DNA of 64,000 nucleotides from Marsupella aquatica. Taxonomy: Eukaryota > Plantae > Marchantiophyta. Every line of letters starts with the position of its first letter. Within the stretch, counting starts at the first letter, position 1. The stretch spans positions 3,038,001 to 3,102,000 of the forward strand of contig OZ316896.1 of the NCBI GenBank assembly GCA_973895155.1, written 5' to 3'. The notes beneath the pieces were generated by a model. The model did not search any database, was not told where the DNA came from, and worked only from the letters and a program-made list of their open reading frames with translations. Shown here piece after piece: positions 37,119 through 50,400 of this stretch. Both the position numbers and the translations under genes were made by a program.

Positions 37119-39308
37119 AAAACACTAATATATCATTGACAAACATCAGGATGGTAACTTTATTTTACTAAATGACAACTCTTCCTTTGTATGCTTGTTT
37201 TGTTAACGTTTAATACTTACGGCATGACGCCCCAAAAATCATGTTGCTTTTGCCACAAACATGAATGTGCACTTTTGTAACTGGTCAACAATAAGATCTT
37301 TCCTATTTGTGGCTGGTTGTGTTGATGTGACATAACCTTGGGACAGGGAATTTGCAAGGAACCTCTCATGGGGGTCCCTAATAAGAGAAAAGTGTGATAT
37401 AGTCCACTAGACACAAAGAAAGTTGTAGCCCGAAAACATGGCCTAGGCTTTGGATTGGTCTTGTGCTCGAATGAGAACAAGTTTTCTGTCCAAACACTCA
37501 CCTTTTTGAAAGTATTCAAACCAAATACCCGCGGGCAATCGATGAATCGGATCAAAACATTACACCAACAGCTAAGTGGTCAGGGGCGGCAAAAAATCTC
37601 CAATCGATCATGTCTACTGCGACCGAGCATTTCCAAAGGGAAGAAAACGAAACCAGGAAATAATTCAAATCCACTACCCAACAGAGTAGAGAGAATGGCG
37701 TAGGAGTACGATTTGCTCTCAAGCCTACTGGTTTGTTTAAGTTTTTTAGGACCATTTTCTTGCACAACGTCCGAGGGTAGCTTCCCAACAAGCTCCAGAA
37801 GCATGACACACCAAATGTCTCAGGTGTTGTGGCGTTAGAATAGTCCATCTAGCGCTTGCCCAAATGTTGACTATTTCGCGTTCTATAGCTAGGTAGCGAT
37901 GATCGGATGTATCAGCCTACTGACAAAGAAAGCTTGATCTTTGTCGTTGTGGCTATGGTAGGTACGAGAAGGATTACTGTGTGACTCGTTTAAACCCTCA
38001 AGTACCTGTGACAGTATAGTATGATGCCTGCTACATCTTTATTCACTTGCATGCCTTCGATAAGTTCCTTGGTATGATACTTCTGGCCGGTCCGAATGTG
38101 GGTAACACTACACTGGGGCAACATTATATGAAGAAATGTAACTACTTCAAGTAGCGTTCTAGATCAAGGACTAGGAATGTTGACCTGGGTCAAACTGAAG
38201 AGACTCTGTTTTCAAATAGTTTTCTAGACAATTGAAACCGCACATATCAGGAAATCAGAATATGAATTAGTTTTTTAACCGATAGTTTAGAACAGCAGTC
38301 TCCACATCCTCGACAAATTTACGACACATGCCTTTCGTTTGAAGCATTCGTGAAAGCGTGCTGATCGAAGCGGATTGTTTTGACTCGATCATATAATTAT
38401 GTTCTGGGACCTTCACCTGAGTCAGATTGTCGAGAAACCTGTTGGAATTTGGGAAATGTGGCTGGCGCAAAGACAAGTTGAGTCAACCTGTACGAAATCT
38501 CATCTTCCGACACACGTGGACGGCGGGACCATCCAAGTCCGCGGGCAGACTTGGAAATGGTTAAAAATGGTGAACTGGGTCAAACTGCTCGATACTTTTC
38601 TTCTGGGCTTTGTACCACCTCCCTCGCACACGGGAAGACTCCAGGATGACGTCCTTTCCAGACCTGTTTCTAGACTTTTGACTCGGTCGATCTCAGTCTG
38701 ACGTCCTACCGTAACGGGAAATGCTGGAACTCAAGTCGATGTGGAGATTGAAGAAACAACAGGCCCATGAAGCAGCGAAGAACATAGGAACACGCTGTTA
38801 GCAATTCGGCGTTTGACGTCTATGCTCGATGGAAATGGCACTTGGAACGGGAGTCTCGAAACACTTAAAGTATGCCACAATCCAAATTCCCCACGGGAGC
38901 TTCGCGCGTCTTTTCTGACCCTGCAGGAAGCCTGAACTCAGTCTACGTCGCCGCAATTCCTGCCCGCGTTTCCAGCTCAAGCACGACCTGAAGAAACTAT
39001 GCACTTCCGTATACATACCCATGACCTTGCACATCGAGTCGCGATTAAGAATTGTAGTAAAACGCATCAAGTCAGCTGTACTGAGCATAATTTGTCAATG
39101 AGAGCGCAAAGCACTGGACTACATCTCAACAAGAGTAATAATTCCAGTGAACATACGGAAGTTCTCTCGATCGGAGGACAGAAAGACGATTTTGCTCGAG
39201 CGTATTGTGCTCAAGAACAAATCGGGAAGGGTTTCTCGGATTTGAACGTGGGAGGACATACAGTAGAATTTTCTCGAGAGTCGGCCAAGCTTGGCAGGAA
39301 GTGACAGG

Positions 39309-39869
39309 ATGGGGTGTTGCTTTGGCAAGCCATCGTCTGAGTACACTTACGAAGAGAATGGCAATAAAGAATCACAAGACACTCTTGATGAGAAGAGCAA
39401 GGACGAGAAAGCTGATGGGGGAGGTGATGGAGGAGGAGGGGATGATGGAGGAGGTGATGCAGGAGGTGGAGGGGAGGCACATCAAGGTGGTCATCATCAC
39501 TCAGGTGGCCATCATCATTCAGGTGGCCATCACTCAGCGGGTGGCCACCATTTTGGAGGTGGTCATCACCACGGCGGTGGCCATCAGGCAGTGGTTGGCC
39601 ATCATCTTGGAGGTGGCCATCATCACGGTGGTGGCCATCACAGTGCTGGTGGCCTTCCTGCAACAGATAGCCATCCTGTGGGCGGCCATCATGCAGGTGG
39701 TCACCATGGTGGAGGATTTGATGGTGGAGGATTCACTGGAGCTGGGGGATTCATTGGAGCTGGGGGAGATGCATTTGGCGGTGGGGGAGGATTTGGCGGT
39801 GGAGGATTTGGGGGTGGCGGCGGATTTGGGGGTGGGGACGGATTCAGTGGAGGTGGTGGCGGATTTTAA
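39309..39869 (+). CDS. Gly/His-rich protein (186 aa) with a predicted N-myristoylation/S-acylation N-terminus
   Basis: ATG at 39309 gives MGCCFGKPSS, then an acidic linker, GGHHH(S/G/F)-type repeats and a GGF-rich C-terminus; TAA at 39867-39869. Confidence 0.8.
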   Translation: MGCCFGKPSSEYTYEENGNKESQDTLDEKSKDEKADGGGDGGGGDDGGGDAGGGGEAHQGGHHHSGGHHHSGGHHSAGGHHFGGGHHHGGGHQAVVGHHLGGGHHHGGGHHSAGGLPATDSHPVGGHHAGGHHGGGFDGGGFTGAGGFIGAGGDAFGGGGGFGGGGFGGGGGFGGGDGFSGGGGGF

Positions 39870-42800
39870 TACTCTGCATCCTTGTTATGAATGCTGATCA
39901 ATTGATCAGAGGGATGCAGCTCAGTTAGGAAGCAGATATGATTCAATTTGATAATTGATTGCAAGTCAAGAGTCCTAGAATGATAGAAACTTTTGCCAAG
40001 ACATGGTGCCATCTTCGATTGGCTGGATACATGTTGAGAACATCTCGTTCCATATTTTAATGAGGTCTATAATATCTTCCAATCTAGCGGAGCTCAGATG
40101 ATTGGCATATTCTCTGGTGACCACAACACTTCATAGGCTTTAAGAAAAGGTCTTCTTCATTGTTATCTAGAATTTAGGGGAGTTTCTGTATATATGTATA
40201 GTGTACAAAAACAGGGGAAATTAATGCAACACACCTACTACCTTGTCAAGATGCTATACTGATGGAGATCTTGCAAATTGACAATGGATTCGAATTCCAT
40301 TTGAACTGAGATCGATCGACAAATTTGCCTTGATAATATAGTCCCGGGAGACTTTGCCAAAGGGTTTTAGCAACCTATCTATACAGGCAGTCACTATGCT
40401 AGCTTGTATCTTATTAAGCTCAGGACGTTTAGCAGCTTGCTACTCTTTATAACTCTGCTATCTAACAACTAATTTCACTTCTTTTCTCATGGTTTGATTA
40501 CAAAACCAGGCAAGGAGCTGAGCCCCGAGAAGGGAAACTGAACAAGCAATTTAGAGACTACAGCGAGAGTAGCACTCTCCTAAAGACCTGCCAGTGCTCG
40601 GTTCCGGTAAGGTTCCCATCAGTGGATCCGTGATAAGGTAAGAACCATTACACTCTTGAAGGAATCTACTCACCACGTGTTGGGTTTCAACGACGAATAT
40701 TACAACCTCTAGCAACTACGTGTGGATTCCATTAATGGGATCACTGTAGTAGCCTGATGAGCACCACGCCGTCACTGAAACCAATACCTCGCACGCCTAT
40801 GACAAGTTGGGATAATGGAAGTCAGGGCACACTAATGCATACCTGGCCAGACGTGCAACAGGCTGAGATTATAAAGTTCAGGAACTATGCTCTCGATACT
40901 AGCTTGACGTTCGGTCTATACTGGGATCCAGACGAAGAGAAGAACCCAATTATTGACCCTACAGTACCGAAACTGACAATGATCCAGGGATCTACGACAT
41001 TAATTTGGTAAAGCATTGCATGGTAAGCAGTGAGTCGCTTGCGGGAATGAAATCTCTACAGAAACAATTCAGAATCTCTATAGTAGTTCCCTGCAGACAA
41101 AAGCAAGCGGCTAGCATTCACACCAAGTACATGTGAACTTCTGGAGATGAAACTAAGCTGGAGGGTAGCGTGGAAAAGACCACCTGAAGAGCTCGCTGAT
41201 TCGACGGTTTGAACCTTTCGTGTCAATGAAAAGCTTTCGATTCCAAAAAGATATGTCCGATTAGAGTCTTGACCTCAATCCTGGAAGACGGCTCACGAGT
41301 AAACCTTAAAGTGTCCAGATTGAAGGTCTCAGCTAGAGAGCTAGAGAACAAGCACGGTACAATGCCGGCAATTCAAGTCAATACGATGATCGCAGCCGTA
41401 CCTCCATTGCTTTCAAATGTGGGAGAACCAAATGGTCCAGACGACCTGTGTCACAGAAACCCGTCTTTACAAGCTAAGCTGTAATTCAAGCCATCGATCG
41501 ATGTGCCGCATGTGCAGATCGCAGAGACGAGTAACGAGACTCTCTGTACTACATTTGGAATGCACTGGCTCCGAAGTCAAGGGGTTTAGGAACACAAAAG
41601 TATAGAATACTGCGGAGAGGACAAAACGAAAGGTGCTCATGACAATCTAACTAAGTGGTTCAACTCGATTCTCAGTATTGGAGTAAGACAGATGTTACCT
41701 CTTGCTGCCTCAGTCCCCCCGCTCCACGATATGCCAAACGGACGGCAGTAAGTTCACCGTGACTAATTTACGAGGAGAGAGGAGATCTAATATATTTACA
41801 AGGAGAGAGGAACCGAGCATGTCTGCACGCTAATAACCCAATATCGATCCAGGATAAGTAGTTGTTTCGACCCGTCGATTCAACAGATCTGATACATCTT
41901 ATTCTCCGTCCTTGGCTTGCTTGCTCCCCTTGCGGAATTCACTTGGAACATGTACATGTCGACTGTAAAGGATTTTCATAACTTGATAATTGGTTATTCC
42001 CATACCTCCTCCTTTTGGCTGCCAAAGTAGCCGACTAACTGAACAGCACAAAGCTGATTTGGCGACCAAAAGAGGTGACATGTGCATAGCCAGAGATCGA
42101 GTTATAAATACCTGAAGTTTCCTTCAGTGTGTACCTATGTTTGATCGGCCGGAGACTGCTGCGGTGCCTGAAGTCCCATGCTTGTCTGCTTCCCCTTTGT
42201 ACTGCACAGTACCTACATGTGTCAGGACTGCAGCAAATAAAATACTCATAATTAACTTGATCAATGGTTAGTCCGACCCTACTTCCTCCTTTTGTCTGCC
42301 AAAATGCAGACTCACTCCAGAGTAAAGGCTCATTTCGCAGCCAAAGGAGGTGACATGTGTATAGCCAAAGATCGAATTGTAAGTATCAGGATATGTTAGC
42401 ACTCTCTGCCAGGAATCGGGTGTACGTGAACCAAGAGATAAATTGTCATACCACTTTGCAAGTCTGCCTCCATTCCTGGCGTAATGAGGACAGCTGCACC
42501 ATATCTATGCAAGGTTGCTATTCTCCTCTCACAAGACCACCACACACACAACACCCTCAGCATTTTGGAACCCCACGCTTTGCACATCTCGCTGCATGCG
42601 AATGCTGGTACGTTGTTGCCTCTCTGGAATATCAGTCTGTGTGACAATAATACAAATGGACAGTAGGACAATTGAAAAGATGCGACAATCCCGGCGGTTG
42701 AATCACGACAGTTCAACACACGATGAATCACGTCTCGTGCCACAGTCCAGCGAAAACCCTCTGGCCAAAGGGGTGTATTCCTCACATGCAAATATTAAAT

Positions 42801-43265
42801 CACAAAGTTAACATGTTGGGCAAACTGTCCGAGCAGGGTCTAGATGATGTACGAAGATCCAAAACAATGCCTGCATATATTATTAGTACGTAGGTCCGCA
42901 AAGTGTTGGCCTTTCGTTGTCGTGATTTTTGGATGGTAGGTTAGAGTAGAAATCAGTCAACAAATTCAGGGCATCTTTCGAAGCATGAGTTTCGTTGAAC
43001 TGCAGTTTCCTAGACAAAATCGTTCGTGAGACCGACATTGTGAGGATGCCTTCTAAGTTCTTGAATCAAAACTGCAAGGGCATTGGGCAGAATCACAAAG
43101 CCTACCTAGAACTTCAATGGCGACTGCCTTGAGACCGATTGACGATCGGAATGATGATCATTTTGGATATTCTGTAAATCTTGGTACCATTGTGGTCTCA
43201 TTGTCGACTCTGCCACAATATCGTTTATACTGACACTCTCATTCGCTCTCTCGACACAAGATTGA

Positions 43266-43745
43266 GGTACTCTGGCATGGATGATTCTGCCTACCGCAAT
43301 CAAGTCACACTCAAATCTCAATTAATTTATAGAGGCTTTCAGCACAATTCTACGTACATACTTGAATGAGCTAAGATGAATCGAGGACCTTAGTCGACTG
43401 ATGAAGCCCCCATGACAGGCCGAAAATGTGTGTTCCATTCGAACGTCTGCAGGATTGAATTACAGCTCAGAAGCATAGGCAAGAAGCAATGTGAAGAAAC
43501 GAGGTAATCTGGCATGGATGATTCTGTCTACCGCAATCGACCAAGTCACTAAACTCTCAATTAATCCATAGAGGCTTTCAGCACAAATCTTAATCAGGCA
43601 CTTACTTCAATGAGCTAACATGACTCGAGGACCTTAGTGGACGGATGGATTCGGCATGACAGGCCGAAAATATGTGTCCCATTCGCACGTCTGCAGGATT
43701 GAATTAAGCTCAGAAGCATGGGACTTGAAGCAATGTGAAGAAACT
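43266..43745. repeat. Direct duplication (~240 bp, two diverged copies)
   Basis: tctggcatggatgattctg...agaggctttcagcacaa...catgacaggccgaaaat...gaagcaatgtgaagaaac occurs at ~43270 and ~43508. Confidence 0.85.
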
Positions 43746-46700
43746 AAGAGACGGAGTTATTGGCTTGAAATATTTCAGGGTAGAGCTTCTATCGGTGGCA
43801 GTTCGTCAGGGACCGTCGACATCAAGGTGTTCCAATCCAGCACTCAGTCTGCTAGCAACCGGGCTATAAAAGTATGCCTAGAAACGGATAATGGACCGAG
43901 TTCACAGCAACTCTCAATCGAGCCTCAGTCCTTGCGAGGGGGATCGAACTCTAAATCAAGAGCATATCTAATTGCTGTTCGGTACTTCATAGAACGAAAT
44001 GTGCTTGTTTTATATACTCTTCCATAGGCTTCATGCGGCTGTAACACTGCTGTCAATTAAGACAGCTTTCAATGGTGTCGGATTTCAATTTCAAATGTCG
44101 GGAAACAGTTCACTGACTGTAGTTTCAAGTACAGCTGTATTCTTGGTAAACAAATGAAAGAACGCTTGTAATAGATTTAGATGGATCTATTACCAGCTTA
44201 AGATTGTGATTATAACTTTATTAAAATATCTATATGTGCAGGACTATACACAAAAAGATTCTAGATACTTATTCCTCAGCTGGACAGTATAGGAATGTAC
44301 AGCAGACACTGGTTAGAAATGTAAATGAATGAGCTTGAAAGGACTATGTGAAATAATTGTCATGCCACATACTAGGGGAAATTGGTGTAATCGCATCAAG
44401 AACGACATTGGCATAAACGGAGGTTAAAGCTTTTAAACAAAAAAAATCATAATTTTCTTTAACCGTGTGCTAGGAACTGTTCCTGGACCCTGGACAGGAA
44501 AACAATTGGTAATTCCAAACTTTCAAGTGGAGTTTAAGAAGATGCCACCCTTGATCGTGGTAAACCATCCACCAAATTATCAGCCGACCATTCAGGCAGT
44601 ACTGCTAATCAATAGCGGAGTGTGACCATGATCGGCTAAAGCAGGACATGCAACTGGAACCTGAACCCTGGCGTCTCATTTCCTGCGTAGCCAGATACGA
44701 AATGCTATTTCTATTCGCTAAAAATAAACCGTTCACATACTAGGCAGCCATGATCGATTGATTCCAAACCCCAGCTAGCTGTATTGATTGTTGCCAACAA
44801 AAAGAACTTGTTTATGCATAGATTCTGCTGGCTATTCACTTGATGGCGAAACTTTTAATCTTCCAAAGGGCACTCCAGTACAGGTCGCGTAATGTTCTCG
44901 CGAAAATTAATGATGACTTCCCCCTTCGATTTCGATGTTCCAGTGTAGTAATGCACGTGTGTCGCGATCATGAGACACATGAAACACACTGTTACACGGG
45001 TAGTCCCATTATATAAGCATCTTCCTCTTGCATATAAACTTACGTCCACACGTGCGGCTCCACTATATATTCGGGTTTAGCCCAGGAACGATGGGTCCTA
45101 AATCAACAAGCCTCGCTTGCTCTGGTGCAGGACACCCACTACTGTATCCTCGATGCTTGGCTGCTTGACAGGAACATACTGTATGTAGTATGTAGTTCAT
45201 GAACTTGGGCATTCGTTCTACTAGAAACTCAGCTGGTGGAAGTGGTAACTGACACGCAAGGAAAACGCCCTGTGAGACTGTACGTGAACAAATCCAGCTC
45301 AGTGGCATCCCCCACTGTCATGGCCCCGCATTGGGTTAGAGATGCTTGAGATGGAGTGTGCGCTGCATGCATCATGCCGTCTCCTTCCGGCTGCAATGGC
45401 TCACCAAGGTGCACAGTGGTCAGTGCACCAAGCCCAGCATAGCTTGTTCTCAAATCCTAGATTTCGTCGCACCATGTGCCAGACTCTTACAGGAATACCT
45501 GCCAGAATATCTAAGATATAGTTAATTCGATCTGGCCAGCGCAACAACTGAGTCTTTGTAATTTTCCGACAAGAGCGATCTAGGATAAAACATGTGCTAA
45601 AATATTTTCGATCACTAGGACACATGAGTCGTCTGTAACCAATGCTCTTGAAGCATATCTCGTGCACAGTTTTGGATTTTCGGTATCTCAATGCTTAAGA
45701 ATTCAGTATTGTTGTCCTAGAAGTGTTCTCAAAGGGAGACAAACTAATGTTTAACGCGCCCAACAATGGCGTGAAGGTCTGAAGTTTGGAACGCCCCATT
45801 CTAACTCGAGAATCGAATTGATACAGATTGAAGAAACAATGTGCCTAGGTGGTAGCCACAATGCTCGATTAGATTGTAGGCACATAGCTTAGATTCACTC
45901 GCCAAATTGCTTGCTACAAATTTAGGCTTGTCGCTGTCGTTCCATGCCTTACTCAAATTCGGAAGGACACTCGCCAGAGAGCTCCTAAATCCCCGATGAC
46001 TTCTCACATACCGAAAAGTCAAGAGTGAAGTCTCCTACAGAAAGCAACAAGTGAAATCTCCTGACAAGATTGGGTTTTGCTTCTGTTCGGTTGATTCAAG
46101 CAATCGGGGCCATTTTACTCCAAAAGAAAGAATGTACTAACCGAGCCTAAATGGCATGAGTCTCCTAAATTGGTATGATCGTGTAGGCAACATGAATCTG
46201 CTTTACTGTACGTGATCGCCTATGCAGGCCAATGCTGGAAATCGCTATCGATCCTTGCGAACAAGCAAATTGAGAATAGCAGCTGTCGCCAGTGAGGTAG
46301 ATATGAGACGCTCCCGTCAATTTTGCCTTCAATTGAGAAACCGATCGACCAATCGCTCGTGACAGACACTCTGGAATCTATCTCACTGATCGAAGGATTT
46401 GTCCCCGAACTCGATTCAGATTCATCACATGCGTTCAACTTTCTTCGCGTGAATTTCCGAAGTACAAAGCTACAGCGTCCTGCACAATGGAGAACAGCAA
46501 GCGGAGATAAAAAATAATTTAGAAGGTGAAAAACGTAAGTTAAAACAAATTCAAGTTGTCGCCAATCACGTCAACTTAAATAAGTCTTGTTCTAGATAGA
46601 TTAAATTAGATGTTCAGGGGCCCACAGGTGTGAAAGGAGGCAGAGAATCGTGGGGCGAGCTGTCAAACAGACTTTCAAGTGGTAACGTCTGGGCCTTCAT

Positions 46701-47421
46701 GTCGGGCGAATAATTTAGGCATTGAGGCGTAACAGTTCAATCTGTGTGGAGGAATGTTGCGGGAATGTTGCATAGCAGTCAAATATAGATAAGGCTTTTA
46801 ATAAACTATGGGTGACGAGCAACCAGTATCATCCAGAATCAAAAGGTTCGCGCATTTTCCTCTTCACATTAGGAGCAATTTTGAAACGAGCTCCGAACGA
46901 GTGTTGTCAGTAGAATACATGAAAATTCTGTCATACGGTGGCCCGGGGTAACTAGACGTCACCGTTGACATAGTTTGAGACACAAACAGCTCTCCCTTCA
47001 CAGTACCATTCAGACAAATTAAATGGACAGATAATCCAACTTTGCTGAATTGATTATTTGTGTTCTCATAATACGACGCACAAATCCTTGATATCAGCCT
47101 TGGTAGGAGCCTTTTTGAATTCTTCCTTGAGAGAGGTATTTGATCAAATGTACTTACACAGAAAATATATGTACTCTATGGAGCGTGGGACCTTTAATTC
47201 AATATGGCATGAATCCACCACAGGTAAGATATAAGATGTCTATATATATATGCACCATGTTCTCAGGCGTGACTCCGGAACATGGCTGTATTATTACAGA
47301 TTGGAGAAGTATCCTGTCCACCAAGAAAATTAACACAGTACAATCACCTATATGCAGAACTTCGAATCTTGAAGTAGACGAGGGAGACTAGCCGAAGGAA
47401 GATCTCTAAGGCCATACAAAT

Positions 47422-50400
47422 TCAGACGCTTGACCATGGTGCCTGACTCTTCCTCAGATTCCAATGTAAACCCTCGCGCACACTTCGCAAAAAATCGTTG
47501 GTTGATTCTTCATCACAAACTGCAGGTACAGGCCACGCAGACATGTGAATAATAAGTGCATCACCAGCCGAAAGCTTTTGTCGGTCCTTCCCATCAAAAG
47601 ATGCCCATGCTGGACCCCGACTGTTTACTGGAATCTGCACTCGTAAAGTTACATACTCCGGTAAAATAAGCGGCCTGAAGGATAGAGAATGAGGGCAAAT
47701 TGGAGTGAACAGGATACCAGGAACCTGTATGGCAACAGATAGCACAAGTCAGGAAACAATTCTACCAGAAAGTCAATTGTTAAGTGCCCCAATACGTCTC
47801 AGAACAGAGCGACCTGACCCTAGTAAGAATCTAGTGAGATGCAAGATTTGACTGTCTCCAGTGAAGTACTCCGATTCTTCCAACAAGATCAGACAGAATC
47901 GGAATCTTTAAGCATGTACAAACCTGTGGATGGACCATGGAGCCACCAGCCGCTAACGAGTAAGCAGTGCTACCAGAGGGGGTGGAGAGAATAAGGCCAT
48001 CTCCTTGAACAACAGTGACAAAAAGATTGTCACAGTAGCATTCCAGATTTGTCAGATATGCAGACATCCCTCTGTCGATTGATACTTCGTTTAAAACCAA
48101 ATAGTCTTCACCATTTTCTGCACATCCCTCTTCACAGTTGTCTTTGCTTCTCATGATGCGACAGTGCAGTCGATGGCGAAGCGTTATAAAAACAGGACCC
48201 TTCATTATACTTTCTAGGCACTCTTTGTAGCGATCACTTTCTGAAATTGGGATGTTAAGATACACTTCAGCCACATAAGCCAACACCTCCCGAAGCAAGA
48301 TCCACAGACAATGCACTGATTAGACCCTTCCTCATCCGTACAAGGGCTGCAAGCATAATTAATAAAATAATAGCACACAACATTGCAGCATCTGTTGACC
48401 TTAAAATCCACCAAACTTACATGTTTCAGTTCAACCAAAAGTCTTTATTCGTCTGTTTTCTAGAAAACGTATAGTGATACTGGATCACTCACGACCAATT
48501 CTCTAATAGAACTTGATGTCTGCATTGAGCCATCTTCAAGTTATATTAGAGAAATCGTAGCGAGTCGTCCAGCATCACCATGGACCTCGTACTCAAATTG
48601 ACATTACCTCGACATGTTTTTGATTCAAACGGAACAATTGAAGGGATCTTTCGATCCATACAAACGTGCGTGTGGACCAGACATCTTCATATTGGATGGA
48701 AGAAAAAGGATACGAAATGGTGTCATAAAGCCAAGTGATCCCATAGAAAATGATACAAGGGGTGGCACTGGTCCCCTGAACAAGCTTGCGGCCTGCGAAA
48801 TATAAGGAACCTGTCTTAGTTTCGCCGAGCAATAACTTCAGGAAGTATAGGCACAAAAAAATGGAATTGTCAGCTGTCGGTCAGACTGGTGTTATGACCT
48901 TAAGGAGATAAATAAAGCGAGTATTTCATGGTACAAACAAATATTTACAAGGCAAACTTCACATCATAACGAAATCGATGCGAAGAGATAGTTCTCAATA
49001 AAGAAAGCAAAAGACAGGAAAATTCAGAAGTAACCTCACCCAAAGAACTGTTCCATCACCACCAAGGGTTATGACAAGATCTACTTTGGAGTGAATGACC
49101 GAGTCCTGCTCACCTGTGAATTTGTAAAAAGAGCATCACTGATAGTTACACAACCAATGCAAGCAGTACCCATGGAAATGCTCACGCAATCACAGATTGA
49201 TTATTCCCGTGAGTCAGAATTGCCTTCAAGAAACCTAATGGCGTCAGGTCGACGACCAGACAGATTACCGACTGCAAGCGGAAAAAGATCATGCAGGGCA
49301 GGACTTTTCCTAAATTTACTGAAACAACTTCCAGGAGTCTCGAATCTTTTCCAATGATCACCTTTACTGCTAACTGCCATGGAACATAAAACGACTATTA
49401 ACGCCAGGCCGTTGGTAAAAACATTCTAGAAAGCACGACCCAGTGCAGCATGTAGGCAAGTCAAGATCGGAAATTCAAGGGCTAAGAAAGCGTCCATCTC
49501 AGATACTTCTACCAATTTAAACTGAACAACTCCAAAAATGAAAGCCACAGAGTTCAGAGATGCACATGTAAAAACACTGTTGAAGTATGAGCTGTCTTCA
49601 AGTAGGTCCTTCTTCACGGCGCTCTCCAAAAACACCCGCACACCCATTACGTCTTGTAGCCACCTTCACAGCCCAAAATAATGGCATGGAACAAAAATCA
49701 CTAAATATGAATTCAGAGGACGAGGGCTATTCCCAATTCTAAGCATAACATATAGCCTGACATAGGACTTCTTTACACACCACTGTCGGATGATACAAAG
49801 AAGCGGAATATCTCTCATGCAAAGTGAATCGTCATCTCAAATACCGCACTTACTTGGTTCTATAGTTTCAAGTCAAAAAGAAATTTAGACATTCAAGCAT
49901 TTCCGGATGTATTATCACGGGTGTGTTCAATTCCAGTCGACACTAAAGTCATAACCTGCAGTACGACAATCTTACCTTACCATCTCTTTACACAAAGTTG
50001 CAACTGGCGCAGAATCTGGCTTTGTGAGAATGAAGATGGATTGAGGAGAAGATTCCCAGTGCAGAGTGATCTGCAAAGGAGGTTACAGTAATATCTAACT
50101 TTAGATAGCAACTAGAATACTCGTGGGACCAAATCACTCAGTCCAATGTGTGAGACCGAAAAAATCTTGCCCACCGCACGTGCCGCATGTCTTAAGCTGG
50201 CATTACAAATTTCAATTAACATCCACTTCACTTAAAAAGTACCTGCTTGCTGCTCCGGACCGCCGTTGTAATATTGCCACTTTCGAAAGACACAATGTCA
50301 TGTTTATGTCTACTGCTCTTTTTGCTATCACAACCCCATGCTAACCGGAATGACGCCTGTGACCAGATACGTATTTGAATTAGTTCAGAAAGCACTTTCA

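Larger units (their letters stand above)
34514..37382 (-). mobile_element. Copy 2 (inverted) of the GGACCCC-ended TIR element
   Basis: Reverse-complement match to 20290-23272; ends cgtggacccccatg and catgggggtcccta. Confidence 0.75.

Noticed and set aside
39205-39897. Overlapping 230-aa plus-strand ORF and 150-aa minus-strand ORF
   Set aside because: Shadow frames of the GGN/CAY-repetitive Gly/His-rich CDS.
40757-41011. 84-aa ATG-initiated ORF with plausible composition
   Set aside because: No recognisable homology or supporting exons; insufficient evidence.
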